DNA of 64,000 bases, taken from positions 128,001 to 192,000 of the IMG/VR virus record IMGVR_UViG_3300015360_000023, one strand, 5' to 3'. Both the position numbers and the translations under genes were made by a program. The stretch comes from a virus. Lineage: Duplodnaviria; Caudoviricetes. Positions 40,541 to 48,741 of the stretch are shown piece by piece; position 1 is the first letter of the stretch, and the number at the start of each line of letters is the position of its first letter. The notes below the pieces were generated by a model that saw only the letters and a program-made list of their open reading frames with translations, did no database searches and was not told the origin of the DNA.

Positions 40541-41029
40541 TTAATCCCTTTGAATCAAATTGGGCATAGTAATAAACATTGGAATCATTCCCTTTGCCCG
40601 GTAGTCTTTCTTAATCTGATCGCTTAGGTACTGGTATCCGCTGATAGTACCCCTGCATTTATAACTGCTACATCCACAGCTCATCTTCCATTCTTCCAAT
40701 GTATCGGTAGATGAGGTGGAATAATCGAAAAATAATTCCGTTCCCTCCGTAATCAAATACAAAGAATATAAGATGGCCCTGTTACCCACAATGTGGACAA
40801 AACAGTTTGGATCACAACTATGATTGATGTAGTCGTCAACGGCTCCAGATGGCCCCATAATCCTATTGGCCCCCACTTGTAAGAACAAAGCTGGATCAAT
40901 AGCTGATTTATTTTTAGGGACGATTGTACCAGTAAACTCAATGATGGGAGAGTTTGCAGGTATTTTTACCTTAGTAAAAACTCCTAATCCAGTTTTGGAT
41001 TTCTTAATCTCTAAGTACTCGTTATACAT
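40541..41029 (-). CDS. SET-domain lysine methyltransferase with post-SET
   Basis: GLGVF, YINHSCDPN, ELFFDY, CGCSSYKCRG. Confidence 0.9.
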   Translation of the reverse strand: MYNEYLEIKKSKTGLGVFTKVKIPANSPIIEFTGTIVPKNKSAIDPALFLQVGANRIMGPSGAVDDYINHSCDPNCFVHIVGNRAILYSLYLITEGTELFFDYSTSSTDTLEEWKMSCGCSSYKCRGTISGYQYLSDQIKKDYRAKGMIPMFITMPNLIQRD

Positions 41030-41343
41030 TAGTTACCCATTAATTTCTTCATAAATCGCATCATAGAACTACTTGCATCATAGACACGAAGAACTAACTC
41101 TTTCCTACCAACAAGTTTATGTTGAACTTGATTGGGCTGCTTGCCTCTAATCAATTCAGCAGCCTGCTGTGGGTCCTCAGCTAAAACCTTGTAAGTAATA
41201 GTGGCGGGAAGCATACACTCTACCTTAACGTCGTAATAATACTTAGGTTTTGGTGGAGGTATCTTCTGAGCTTCTTTCTTGATTGGCTCAGGCTTTGGAG
41301 CTGGCTTATCTTCTAATTCTGGAAAATCATTATCTTTAGTCAT
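41029..41343 (-). CDS. Hypothetical protein
   Basis: Pro/Lys-rich N-terminus; TAATG overlap with the SET gene. Confidence 0.7.
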   Translation of the reverse strand: MTKDNDFPELEDKPAPKPEPIKKEAQKIPPPKPKYYYDVKVECMLPATITYKVLAEDPQQAAELIRGKQPNQVQHKLVGRKELVLRVYDASSSMMRFMKKLMGN

Positions 41344-41361
41344 AATATGATTATATCAAGG

Positions 41362-42189
41362 TTAACCTTGGGTAGAAAGATAATGTGCATATACTTCAGG
41401 GCGACCAGTTAGTTCATAGAACCTCTTCATAAAGAGATTTTTGGCCACTTGCTGGGGCAAAGGATCTACAATGAAAGGAGCAGCTTCAACTGGGTTTCTC
41501 CAGTCAACATGAAGTGGACCCATAAGATCTCTAGCTTCAGTAGAGAGCATAATCTTATCAGCGGTCTTAACCGAGGATGGTTCTTTTTCAGGTAACCCGA
41601 AGCGCTTGCAGATAGCCGCCTGCATAACTGTTTCAAATTCAATGTAAGCATCAAATTTACCAGAGTGCTTTAGTGGTCTTGGAACATCCACTAAATAAGC
41701 CTCAGAAGCATCATGAAGTAATCCCCACAGCCTGTCCTTCTCATCGCATAGGTAGCTTACTAGAACTGAGTGCTGGGCGACTGAATAGAACTTTTTAACA
41801 TGACCACTGAATCGACATTGCATGGATAGTGAGTGAGCTATGTCCTGAATGATAATTGAACCTACAACAGGATTGGTTGGGTTGAATCTAATTCCAGAAT
41901 AGGTTTGAATCCAAGGCTCATTTTCATGGAAAAGTCTCTCACTATTCTCAAATACCATAGAGTTTAATGGGCTTTGTTGGAGAGCAGGGTTGTTCTCAAA
42001 GAACTTTTTAATGGTAGCCTCCTCTTCTAAAGTAATGAAGGGTGCTGCAATATCACGCGGACCAGTCTTGATAACTGACTCACTTCTCTGCTCTGGAAAA
42101 TAAGAGGGGAAATCTTCCCCACCAAAACTCTCAGGATCTAGATCAAATGTTTGCGTTGACTTCTCAATATGTTCTTTTGTTTTAGACAT
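41362..42189 (-). CDS. HD-domain 5'-deoxynucleotidase (YfdR/YfbR-like) with N-terminal extension
   Basis: IQTYSG, DIAHSLS..CRF.GH, YSVAQHS, LLHDASEAY..D.PRPLK, AD. ATG at 42189. Confidence 0.85.
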   Translation of the reverse strand: MSKTKEHIEKSTQTFDLDPESFGGEDFPSYFPEQRSESVIKTGPRDIAAPFITLEEEATIKKFFENNPALQQSPLNSMVFENSERLFHENEPWIQTYSGIRFNPTNPVVGSIIIQDIAHSLSMQCRFSGHVKKFYSVAQHSVLVSYLCDEKDRLWGLLHDASEAYLVDVPRPLKHSGKFDAYIEFETVMQAAICKRFGLPEKEPSSVKTADKIMLSTEARDLMGPLHVDWRNPVEAAPFIVDPLPQQVAKNLFMKRFYELTGRPEVYAHYLSTQG

Positions 42190-42191
42190 TT

Positions 42192-42755
42192 TTACTTTCC
42201 GGTAGAACCAAATCCACCTGCTCCTCTTATAGAGGCTCGTGCTTTGCACAGCTTATTATATTCTTCATTGGTAATTCCTTCGACTACCATTTCATCACGG
42301 CGTCTTGGAATAATCTGTGCAACGGCATCACCGAACTCAATTTTCAATTCAGTGCATCCGCAGTAATCTCCCCACTTTTCTGGCTCATACCATGAACTAT
42401 TATCATCCCATTCTTCTCTGTAGGAGACAGGTGGTAGATATTGGCAAGCAAATACTAATTCACCTTCATATGTTTCATCTACAGTTCCATAGAGAGCATG
42501 AAGGTTTTTCTTAGCGAAAGTACTAGAGCGTGGTTTAATATCATACCACCATCCATCTGGACAATAACCTCGAATGCCTAATGGCATCTTGATAAGATCA
42601 AAAGGTTTAACTATTAGCGTTTTTCGATCTGACATAGCTGCTCGCACGTCCCAGCCAGAAGCCTTGGGCTCTCCACGAGTTGGGAGGAATCTTTTATCAT
42701 CCTGAAGGTCATCACGAAGGGCAAATTTGAAATTGGGGGTATTATATCCGTCCAT
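42192..42755 (-). CDS. dut: Trimeric dUTPase with an insertion
   Basis: Motifs GWDV, PRSS, GTVDETYEGE, AQI, RGAGGFGSTG. Confidence 0.92.
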   Translation of the reverse strand: MDGYNTPNFKFALRDDLQDDKRFLPTRGEPKASGWDVRAAMSDRKTLIVKPFDLIKMPLGIRGYCPDGWWYDIKPRSSTFAKKNLHALYGTVDETYEGELVFACQYLPPVSYREEWDDNSSWYEPEKWGDYCGCTELKIEFGDAVAQIIPRRRDEMVVEGITNEEYNKLCKARASIRGAGGFGSTGK

Positions 42756-42814
42756 TATGCACTCACTTTAATTATGCTCTTTAAGCAGTCAAGGGTATAA
42801 AATATCATATATTT

Positions 42815-43393
42815 ATGCCGTCATTTCCGCCAGCTATTATTTTCATCAATTCCGATCCAATCACTCATTATCCAGATGGATACATCTATACTGATGGTTA
42901 TTATGTGGATGGGTATCAAGTTAATCCTGATGGCTATATTAACGACCTTACTAGGAATCTATTGGAGCAACAGCTCTGGATAGATGAAACGATGACTTTT
43001 AGAGAGTTTTCTCTTAGAGTTTCTGTTGATCCTAATTATCAAGCCGTAGTTCATTTACAAGGTAAGAGAATTTTAGTTATTTTGACAGATTTTTATGACG
43101 TGACCCATCGAAACTTAGCGGACTTAGTGCTCTTCTATACCCATGGTCTGGTGTACGTAGAAAAAAATAATTATGGCCCGCCCGGATTATCCCTTCCTCT
43201 AGAAAGATTAAATATCTATGTACTATTACGAGACGTTGGTTCAAGATATGTAACGATTCTCCCTCCCACATCGACCAGACCTCCTCGTTCATTGGGTGGA
43301 ATTGTAGTGATTCAAGGCGCGGATTCTAGTGGTGTTCATGACCCTAATCCAGATAATATTTATAATAATCCAGATTTTATAAATAGGAAGTAA
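42815..43393 (+). CDS. Hypothetical protein with four clustered DGY motifs
   Basis: YPDGYIYTDGYYVDGYQVNPDGYIN. Confidence 0.7.
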   Translation: MPSFPPAIIFINSDPITHYPDGYIYTDGYYVDGYQVNPDGYINDLTRNLLEQQLWIDETMTFREFSLRVSVDPNYQAVVHLQGKRILVILTDFYDVTHRNLADLVLFYTHGLVYVEKNNYGPPGLSLPLERLNIYVLLRDVGSRYVTILPPTSTRPPRSLGGIVVIQGADSSGVHDPNPDNIYNNPDFINRK

Positions 43394-43446
43394 TTTACAT
43401 GGCATAATCATGTATAGTTTGTAGTCTTTTCCATAAGGTACCTAAT

Positions 43447-43974
43447 ATGAAGAAAATTGATGAACTAGTAAAAAGAGTAGAATATTTTGAAAGACTTGCC
43501 GTTTATGGCGATCGATCAACCTTTCTAAAGAGATTAGCTCAAGAATTCACTCCACCACGTGCGGACTCTAATGTTCCATGGGAAGGTGGAAGCAGTCAAG
43601 GACCAGCCGCGAATCCAGTTCAAACAGTTAAAGAAACTGTAATTTCAGTTCCAAAACAAATAAGTCCAAGTGTTCAAAGAGCATTAAATGATTTGTTAGT
43701 TCCAACTGGAGATATTTTTGTTCTTAAAGAAGACGGCGAATTAGGTAAAAATACCCAAGATGCTATTAACAAATTCAAGACCAAATTCTCTAGAGAATTA
43801 GCTGGTCAACCTGCAAGTGCTAGAAACATACTAGCAGTTAGAGATAAACTTAAAAACCAAAATAGTGCTGTTGCTAAGCAACCATCTTTCAATGCGCCAA
43901 TAGGCGATACTAAGTCATCTGGAATCGGTGAGCATGCCGGCCAAGAAACCTTTGTTCCAGGACCAAAAGTCTAA
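43447..43974 (+). CDS. Protein with a PG_binding_1-like peptidoglycan-binding motif
   Basis: VQRALN....LKEDGELGKNTQDAINKF. Confidence 0.6.
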   Translation: MKKIDELVKRVEYFERLAVYGDRSTFLKRLAQEFTPPRADSNVPWEGGSSQGPAANPVQTVKETVISVPKQISPSVQRALNDLLVPTGDIFVLKEDGELGKNTQDAINKFKTKFSRELAGQPASARNILAVRDKLKNQNSAVAKQPSFNAPIGDTKSSGIGEHAGQETFVPGPKV

Positions 43975-44075
43975 TACATTATACCAATTCTAATTAGCGT
44001 GTTGAGTAGTTATGTAAGGACTCCTACCTATGCGATTAAGTCTGGTAGAATACACAAAACAATAACTTATCTTTT

Positions 44076-44112
44076 TAAGGCGATGAACTAAAATTCATCG
44101 CCTTATATTTTT
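44076..44112. terminator. Intrinsic terminator hairpin, possibly bidirectional
   Basis: 12-bp stem TAAGGCGATGAA-ctaaaa-TTCATCGCCTTA flanked by T/A-rich tracts. Confidence 0.75.
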
Positions 44113-44282
44113 GCTTTTTACTCAACTTAATCTCGACAAACCAATGGGGGATCTAGTAGGGGGTAATAGTATTATGATCTGGGTTAGGACGTTAGGTCAC
44201 CCTGTAATTTTTATTTAATAAGCCTAAGGGACTGCTACTGTTTTCCCGTTTACCTGTGGTTATACTTAGTTTTGAGGAAAAC

Positions 44283-45161
44283 ATGAAACACATAGGGCCT
44301 ATCCTACTATTGTCTACCATTGTACTTGGGGCTTGCGTTCAGAAGGAAAATAAAAACATTGTCACTGGAGTCGACGCTTCCGCCCGGCCTGTAGCTCCTT
44401 CTAGTGTGCCCATTAGCACAACACCTACATCATCTCCACATCGTAATTGTCCACCAGATATGGTGAAAGTCGAAGGTGATTATTGTCCTAATGAAGAACA
44501 AGTTTGTTTGTACAATACAGATAATGATGGCAATCGATTGGAAGGTCCCGGTGACTTATCCAAAGCTTGTGGTGAATACAAACAGCCAAGCAAGTGTTTG
44601 GTTGAAAAAGTACATATGAATTTCTGCATTGATAAATATGAATGGCCCAATAAAGAAGGTCAACTCCCTCAAGATTGGATGACTTTTTTCGATGCGCAAA
44701 AAGCGGTAGCATCTGTAGGTAAGCGACTCTGTACTCATAAAGAATGGAGTCTAGCGGCCGAAGGGCCGAACATGCACCCACTGCCATATGGCGATGGATT
44801 TCATCGTAAAAGACTTTGCAATTTTGATAATCACAATCCTGGTATAGATGTTTTTCAGTCTAAGAGTCCGAACGATGAAGCTTCTCAGAAGCTTCGTGCA
44901 CTATTAGTTCCTTCTGGTTCTATGGAAGAATGTGTCTCTGATTTTGGAGTACATGATATGTCAGGCAATATTGATGAATGGGTTATCAATGAAAGTAGTA
45001 ATGATTACTGCATCAATAAAACCAGTGGTAATTGTAGAACTGGTTTAATGGGAGGGCACATCTGGCATGTGCGCAACGCTAGCCGTCCCATGACTACGGC
45101 TCATGGTGCAGGATTTGGGTGGTATGAGACTGGAGCTAGGGCCTGTAAGGATGCCGAATGA
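44283..45161 (+). CDS. FGE-sulfatase (SUMF1/EgtB/PvdO-type) domain lipoprotein
   Basis: Lipobox VLGAC; CPPDMVKV; FCIDKYE; GKRLCTHKEW..A; DMSGNIDEW; ATG at 44283. Confidence 0.85.
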   Translation: MKHIGPILLLSTIVLGACVQKENKNIVTGVDASARPVAPSSVPISTTPTSSPHRNCPPDMVKVEGDYCPNEEQVCLYNTDNDGNRLEGPGDLSKACGEYKQPSKCLVEKVHMNFCIDKYEWPNKEGQLPQDWMTFFDAQKAVASVGKRLCTHKEWSLAAEGPNMHPLPYGDGFHRKRLCNFDNHNPGIDVFQSKSPNDEASQKLRALLVPSGSMEECVSDFGVHDMSGNIDEWVINESSNDYCINKTSGNCRTGLMGGHIWHVRNASRPMTTAHGAGFGWYETGARACKDAE

Positions 45162-45835
45162 ATCTTAAAGAGTTTTTGGAGTATAGGAAGATCTGCCCAA
45201 TCTGTAGTGATGTGTTGGTTACTTCTTTCCACTCTCAAAAGAAACAAATCATCAGATATGAAGATGATAGGTTTGTTGTTATCTTTCGACTTGATGCGCT
45301 TAAAAAGAAGCAAATCAATTATAAGGTAGGATACTCATTTGGATTCGAAAATAACTCTTGGCATGTAGAATTCTATTCTCAAGATGATAAGAGGTTTGAA
45401 AATGATTCGCCAAACTTTTTGAGGGATCGCTTCAAAGAACTTGATAAGAATCTAGGACAGTATAAGTTTTATCGTCATTGTACAGGGTGTTGCTGTTACA
45501 ATTATTCATCTCAAGATTTTTATCTTGATTATGATTTGGGTCTTATTGAAGAGTTAATAGTTAACGTAGAGTACATAGGAATGCTTCAGCCAGTTGAATC
45601 TGGATTCAAGGTGTATAAACTTCTGAATGATTATGGTGGTGGTAAAAGTACCATCGTATTCGGGCGTCATCACTCGGAACTGATTGCTCGCTCAGATGCC
45701 GGAGTAGTTAATAAGGGGCCATTTATTACTACTAGTTATGGTAGTAATCTGGATATGATTCAGACGCCCATCATTAAATTTACTTCTAATGAAGAAACAA
45801 TGGAGCGCATTAATAAACTCCTTATTTTCTCTTAA
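45158..45835 (+). CDS. Array member, large subfamily (CPIC ... ERINKLLIFS)
   Basis: N-terminal EFLEYRKICPIC, internal CTGC, C-terminal module. Confidence 0.8.
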   Translation: MNLKEFLEYRKICPICSDVLVTSFHSQKKQIIRYEDDRFVVIFRLDALKKKQINYKVGYSFGFENNSWHVEFYSQDDKRFENDSPNFLRDRFKELDKNLGQYKFYRHCTGCCCYNYSSQDFYLDYDLGLIEELIVNVEYIGMLQPVESGFKVYKLLNDYGGGKSTIVFGRHHSELIARSDAGVVNKGPFITTSYGSNLDMIQTPIIKFTSNEETMERINKLLIFS

Positions 45836-46338
45836 AGGAACGCGCTCAGCTTCTTGACAGCTTGCATCCACCTAATAATATCTACAATGGTATCTATAGG
45901 AACGTCATAAGCTCCGGACCCTTTGAAATAACTTAACCATGGACGGTCAGTAAATCTGTTATCTTTGGATAAGTCAGCACGAACATCCATGTTGCACGGA
46001 TGACCATTAGGAGTTGTAGTTTTTTTTTCATAAACTGAAAAGGATAGGACGCCCTTTTCTAAAGGAGTTGTTCCATAATAACCGTTAATTTTGATAGAAA
46101 AAGAACCGACCTGAATGTTTTGAGTTTTACAGATAGCAGTTTTAATTTGATCTTTACGTAAATTAGTGGCGTCCGTTATTCCATTGAAGATAATATTCTT
46201 CATCTTCTCTTTGGCCGGAGGCTCGGCCCAAATCCAAGAATCATCTGGAGTTTTTTCTTCTGGTTCCTCAGAATAATCGTATTGATGGTCAGTTAGATAT
46301 TGTAGATATTTAAGGTGTTCTTTGCGTGGCGTTGACAT
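45832..46338 (-). CDS. Inverted array member without a zinc ribbon (ends KKLSAFL)
   Basis: Shares the stop tetranucleotide TTAA with the convergent gene; resembles 51084-51521. Confidence 0.75.
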   Translation of the reverse strand: MSTPRKEHLKYLQYLTDHQYDYSEEPEEKTPDDSWIWAEPPAKEKMKNIIFNGITDATNLRKDQIKTAICKTQNIQVGSFSIKINGYYGTTPLEKGVLSFSVYEKKTTTPNGHPCNMDVRADLSKDNRFTDRPWLSYFKGSGAYDVPIDTIVDIIRWMQAVKKLSAFL

Positions 46339-46383
46339 AGTAGGTCTAAATATAGCTATTTATTACTAATTTGTCATTATTAT

Positions 46384-47040
46384 ATGGATTCTAATAAACT
46401 ACTTAAGATGGCAGAATATTTTTATGCCTTAGCTGTCGGAGAGAAACTTCCGGCTGACGCTAAAGATCTGAAGACTATTTTAAAGAATCTAGAGACGCTT
46501 GAGAACTATAACTCTCGCAAGAAGTATGCCGAGAAGAACTTAAAGCATTTATCATCTGGTTCATCTAGAATTGTTTATTCTAGCCCAGATGACACTATCA
46601 TTAAGCTGGCCAAGAATGATAAGGGAATTGCTCAGAACAAAGCCGAATGTAACCCAAAGATGAAGTCCAAATACCTTAATAAAATTATTAGTCATGCCAA
46701 GAACTATTCTTGGATGGAGACTCACTTTTTAGACAAGATTACTGTCAAAGAATTTGAAGAAATGACTGGTCTTAATTTTGATGATTTTGGGAGCGCCATT
46801 AGATACGGGTTAAAAAATGTTTCGGGAAATACGGACAAAGAAAAACCAGAGAACTTCGACAAAGTTGAGAAGTCCGGAATATATAAGGAGATGAAAAAAA
46901 TCGGCAATCAGTTCAAACTGATGCCCGGCGACCTAGCCAGAATCTCCTCATGGGGTACCAAAGATGGTAAACCAGTTTTGATTGATGCGGGTCTTACGAA
47001 AGACGTCTTCGCAGAATTCTATGAATCTTCCTCCTCTTAA
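46384..47040 (+). CDS. Protein kinase-like (PKL fold) protein
   Basis: Gly loop LSSGSSRIVY, IIKLAK, E in NKAE, catalytic GDL..ISSWG, VLIDAG (DFG-like). Confidence 0.65.
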   Translation: MDSNKLLKMAEYFYALAVGEKLPADAKDLKTILKNLETLENYNSRKKYAEKNLKHLSSGSSRIVYSSPDDTIIKLAKNDKGIAQNKAECNPKMKSKYLNKIISHAKNYSWMETHFLDKITVKEFEEMTGLNFDDFGSAIRYGLKNVSGNTDKEKPENFDKVEKSGIYKEMKKIGNQFKLMPGDLARISSWGTKDGKPVLIDAGLTKDVFAEFYESSSS

Positions 47041-47632
47041 ATTCCATTCTTTCAAAGAAGCTATTAGCTATAAAACTGTTTGCCCTCTGTGTACTAATGC
47101 ATTACACATCAACGATAGGGATTTAGCAACCGACTATCGCCGCTCAGATTGTGGATTGAAGGAAAGACTTTCTTTTCATGTTAATCAAAGAGAGCAGGAC
47201 ACGATCACTATAGATCCAGAGACAGATGAGGTAGAGCTAGTTCTATCTGATAGAATATCTGATGAAGTACTTCAGTCATTACCTCCTGCGACTCAAAAAA
47301 TAATGAACCCGCCCATTTACAATGGGATGTTTTTACATGGGCTAACTATTGATTGTAAGAGTTGTTGTCAATATAGTTTTACCTTACAAATTCATTTCGA
47401 TTTATCTAAACAAAAATTATTTGGAATCTTCTTAAACTCTGAGAATGTTAGCATCGAAGAGGGAGAAATGGTTCATGAGATCAAGAACTCTTATGCTACT
47501 CAAATAACTTACTATTCGTATTTTGATAAAGAGGGGGACTCGAAGAAGCTGTCTCTACCTTTAATTCCTCTGGATCTTTCGGAACCTAAGGAGACTGTGG
47601 CTCGTATTCGTAATTTACTAATTTTCTCTTGA
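47021..47632 (+). CDS. Array member, large subfamily (CPLC ... RIRNLLIFS)
   Basis: ATG 47021; CxxC pairs; C-terminal module. Confidence 0.8.
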   Translation: MNLPPLKFHSFKEAISYKTVCPLCTNALHINDRDLATDYRRSDCGLKERLSFHVNQREQDTITIDPETDEVELVLSDRISDEVLQSLPPATQKIMNPPIYNGMFLHGLTIDCKSCCQYSFTLQIHFDLSKQKLFGIFLNSENVSIEEGEMVHEIKNSYATQITYYSYFDKEGDSKKLSLPLIPLDLSEPKETVARIRNLLIFS

Positions 47633-47638
47633 GGCAAG

Positions 47639-48349
47639 ATGCTATCACAATTTGTTAACTATAATCATCAATGTCCGTTATGTAATGAGCCACTCAATTT
47701 ATATATGCGTTGGCAGGACTCTTTGTTCTTTCAAGCAAAGAGTGTAGAAAGGGACATAATTCAATTTGATGCTTATGCCGGCACTGAAACAAAGGCTGGA
47801 ACCAAGCCCGAGTTAGAGGCCTTGAGTGGCGAGAGCATGCTCCTAGGGTTTGAGGGAGATAAAGCGCTCACTGAATTTACCTCTAATGGATTAGCTAATG
47901 AAGCTAAGAAGCATCATATCTATTTCTTCTATCTATGTAATCCAAAAGGTATTAAACAAAAGGGGTTTGCAGATTTTTCCATTTCTCTTTATAAAGGATG
48001 TTACTATCGCTCTACTCCTTTTTATGAGTTCAAACAATCTGAAGATAAGACTTGGGCATTAGATACTGTTAATCCAGATTTTAAAGAAATAGTTAATAAG
48101 GACGAATCATTTGCCTTCAATTCTATAGAAGATAATTTAGAGAAGGTATATATGATGAATCTAGATCATGAGAAGAAAGAGACTATGCTTTGGTACTATT
48201 CAGTAACTGAAGAGGATAAGAAGGTAAAAGGATTTAGACCTAAGTTATTTGAGAAGAGCGTTCCGTTGCTTTCAAACAGACCTAAGCTAGGGCGTGAGGA
48301 TAGGGCTAGGCTGATTGAAAGATTCGATGGTTGGATTATCATGTCATGA
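47639..48349 (+). CDS. Array member, large subfamily (CPLC ... DGWIIMS)
   Basis: CxxC; variant C-terminus; ATGA overlap. Confidence 0.8.
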   Translation: MLSQFVNYNHQCPLCNEPLNLYMRWQDSLFFQAKSVERDIIQFDAYAGTETKAGTKPELEALSGESMLLGFEGDKALTEFTSNGLANEAKKHHIYFFYLCNPKGIKQKGFADFSISLYKGCYYRSTPFYEFKQSEDKTWALDTVNPDFKEIVNKDESFAFNSIEDNLEKVYMMNLDHEKKETMLWYYSVTEEDKKVKGFRPKLFEKSVPLLSNRPKLGREDRARLIERFDGWIIMS

Positions 48350-48741
48350 GCGATGTAGTTTTGGTTCCAGATCATTATTATAATTGCCCTATTTGTGGAC
48401 AAGCATGTCTGGAAGAAAAGATTGATGGGTGGAGGACGGTGCTCAAGACGCAAGGAGCGTGCCAACAATTTATATGCATTAACCCACTTGCGAACAATCC
48501 GCTTCATTATTACGATCACCTCGTGGATGAGGCTACCCCCAATCGTATTGCTTACCAAGAGTTCTCGATCGATATTGGCAGCAAATATATTATGTTTGCT
48601 TTAGATCTGGTACACCAAAAAACTTTGATTAAAAACAGTGTCAATGCTGATGCATTAGAGCTAGACTTTATAATCGTCCCAGACTTTCCAACTCTTGGCT
48701 CCCTCAAAAAGAAGATTAGAACAGCAATTACATTCTCATGA
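48346..48741 (+). CDS. Array member (CPIC ... [10 protein letters not shown])
   Basis: ATG 48346 overlaps the upstream TGA; ATGA overlap into prfB. Confidence 0.8.
   Translation: MSDVVLVPDHYYNCPICGQACLEEKIDGWRTVLKTQGACQQFICINPLANNPLHYYDHLVDEATPNRIAYQEFSIDIGSKYIMFALDLVHQKTLIKNSVNADALELDFIIVPDFPTLGSLKKKIRTAITFS

Noticed and set aside
41362-42189. datZ of a 2-aminoadenine (Z-genome) pathway
   Set aside because: It looks like the common YfdR-type HD hydrolase, and no purZ or mazZ is present in the window.
44120-44260. Riboswitch upstream of the FGE lipoprotein
   Set aside because: There are only short, weak stems and no recognisable aptamer consensus.
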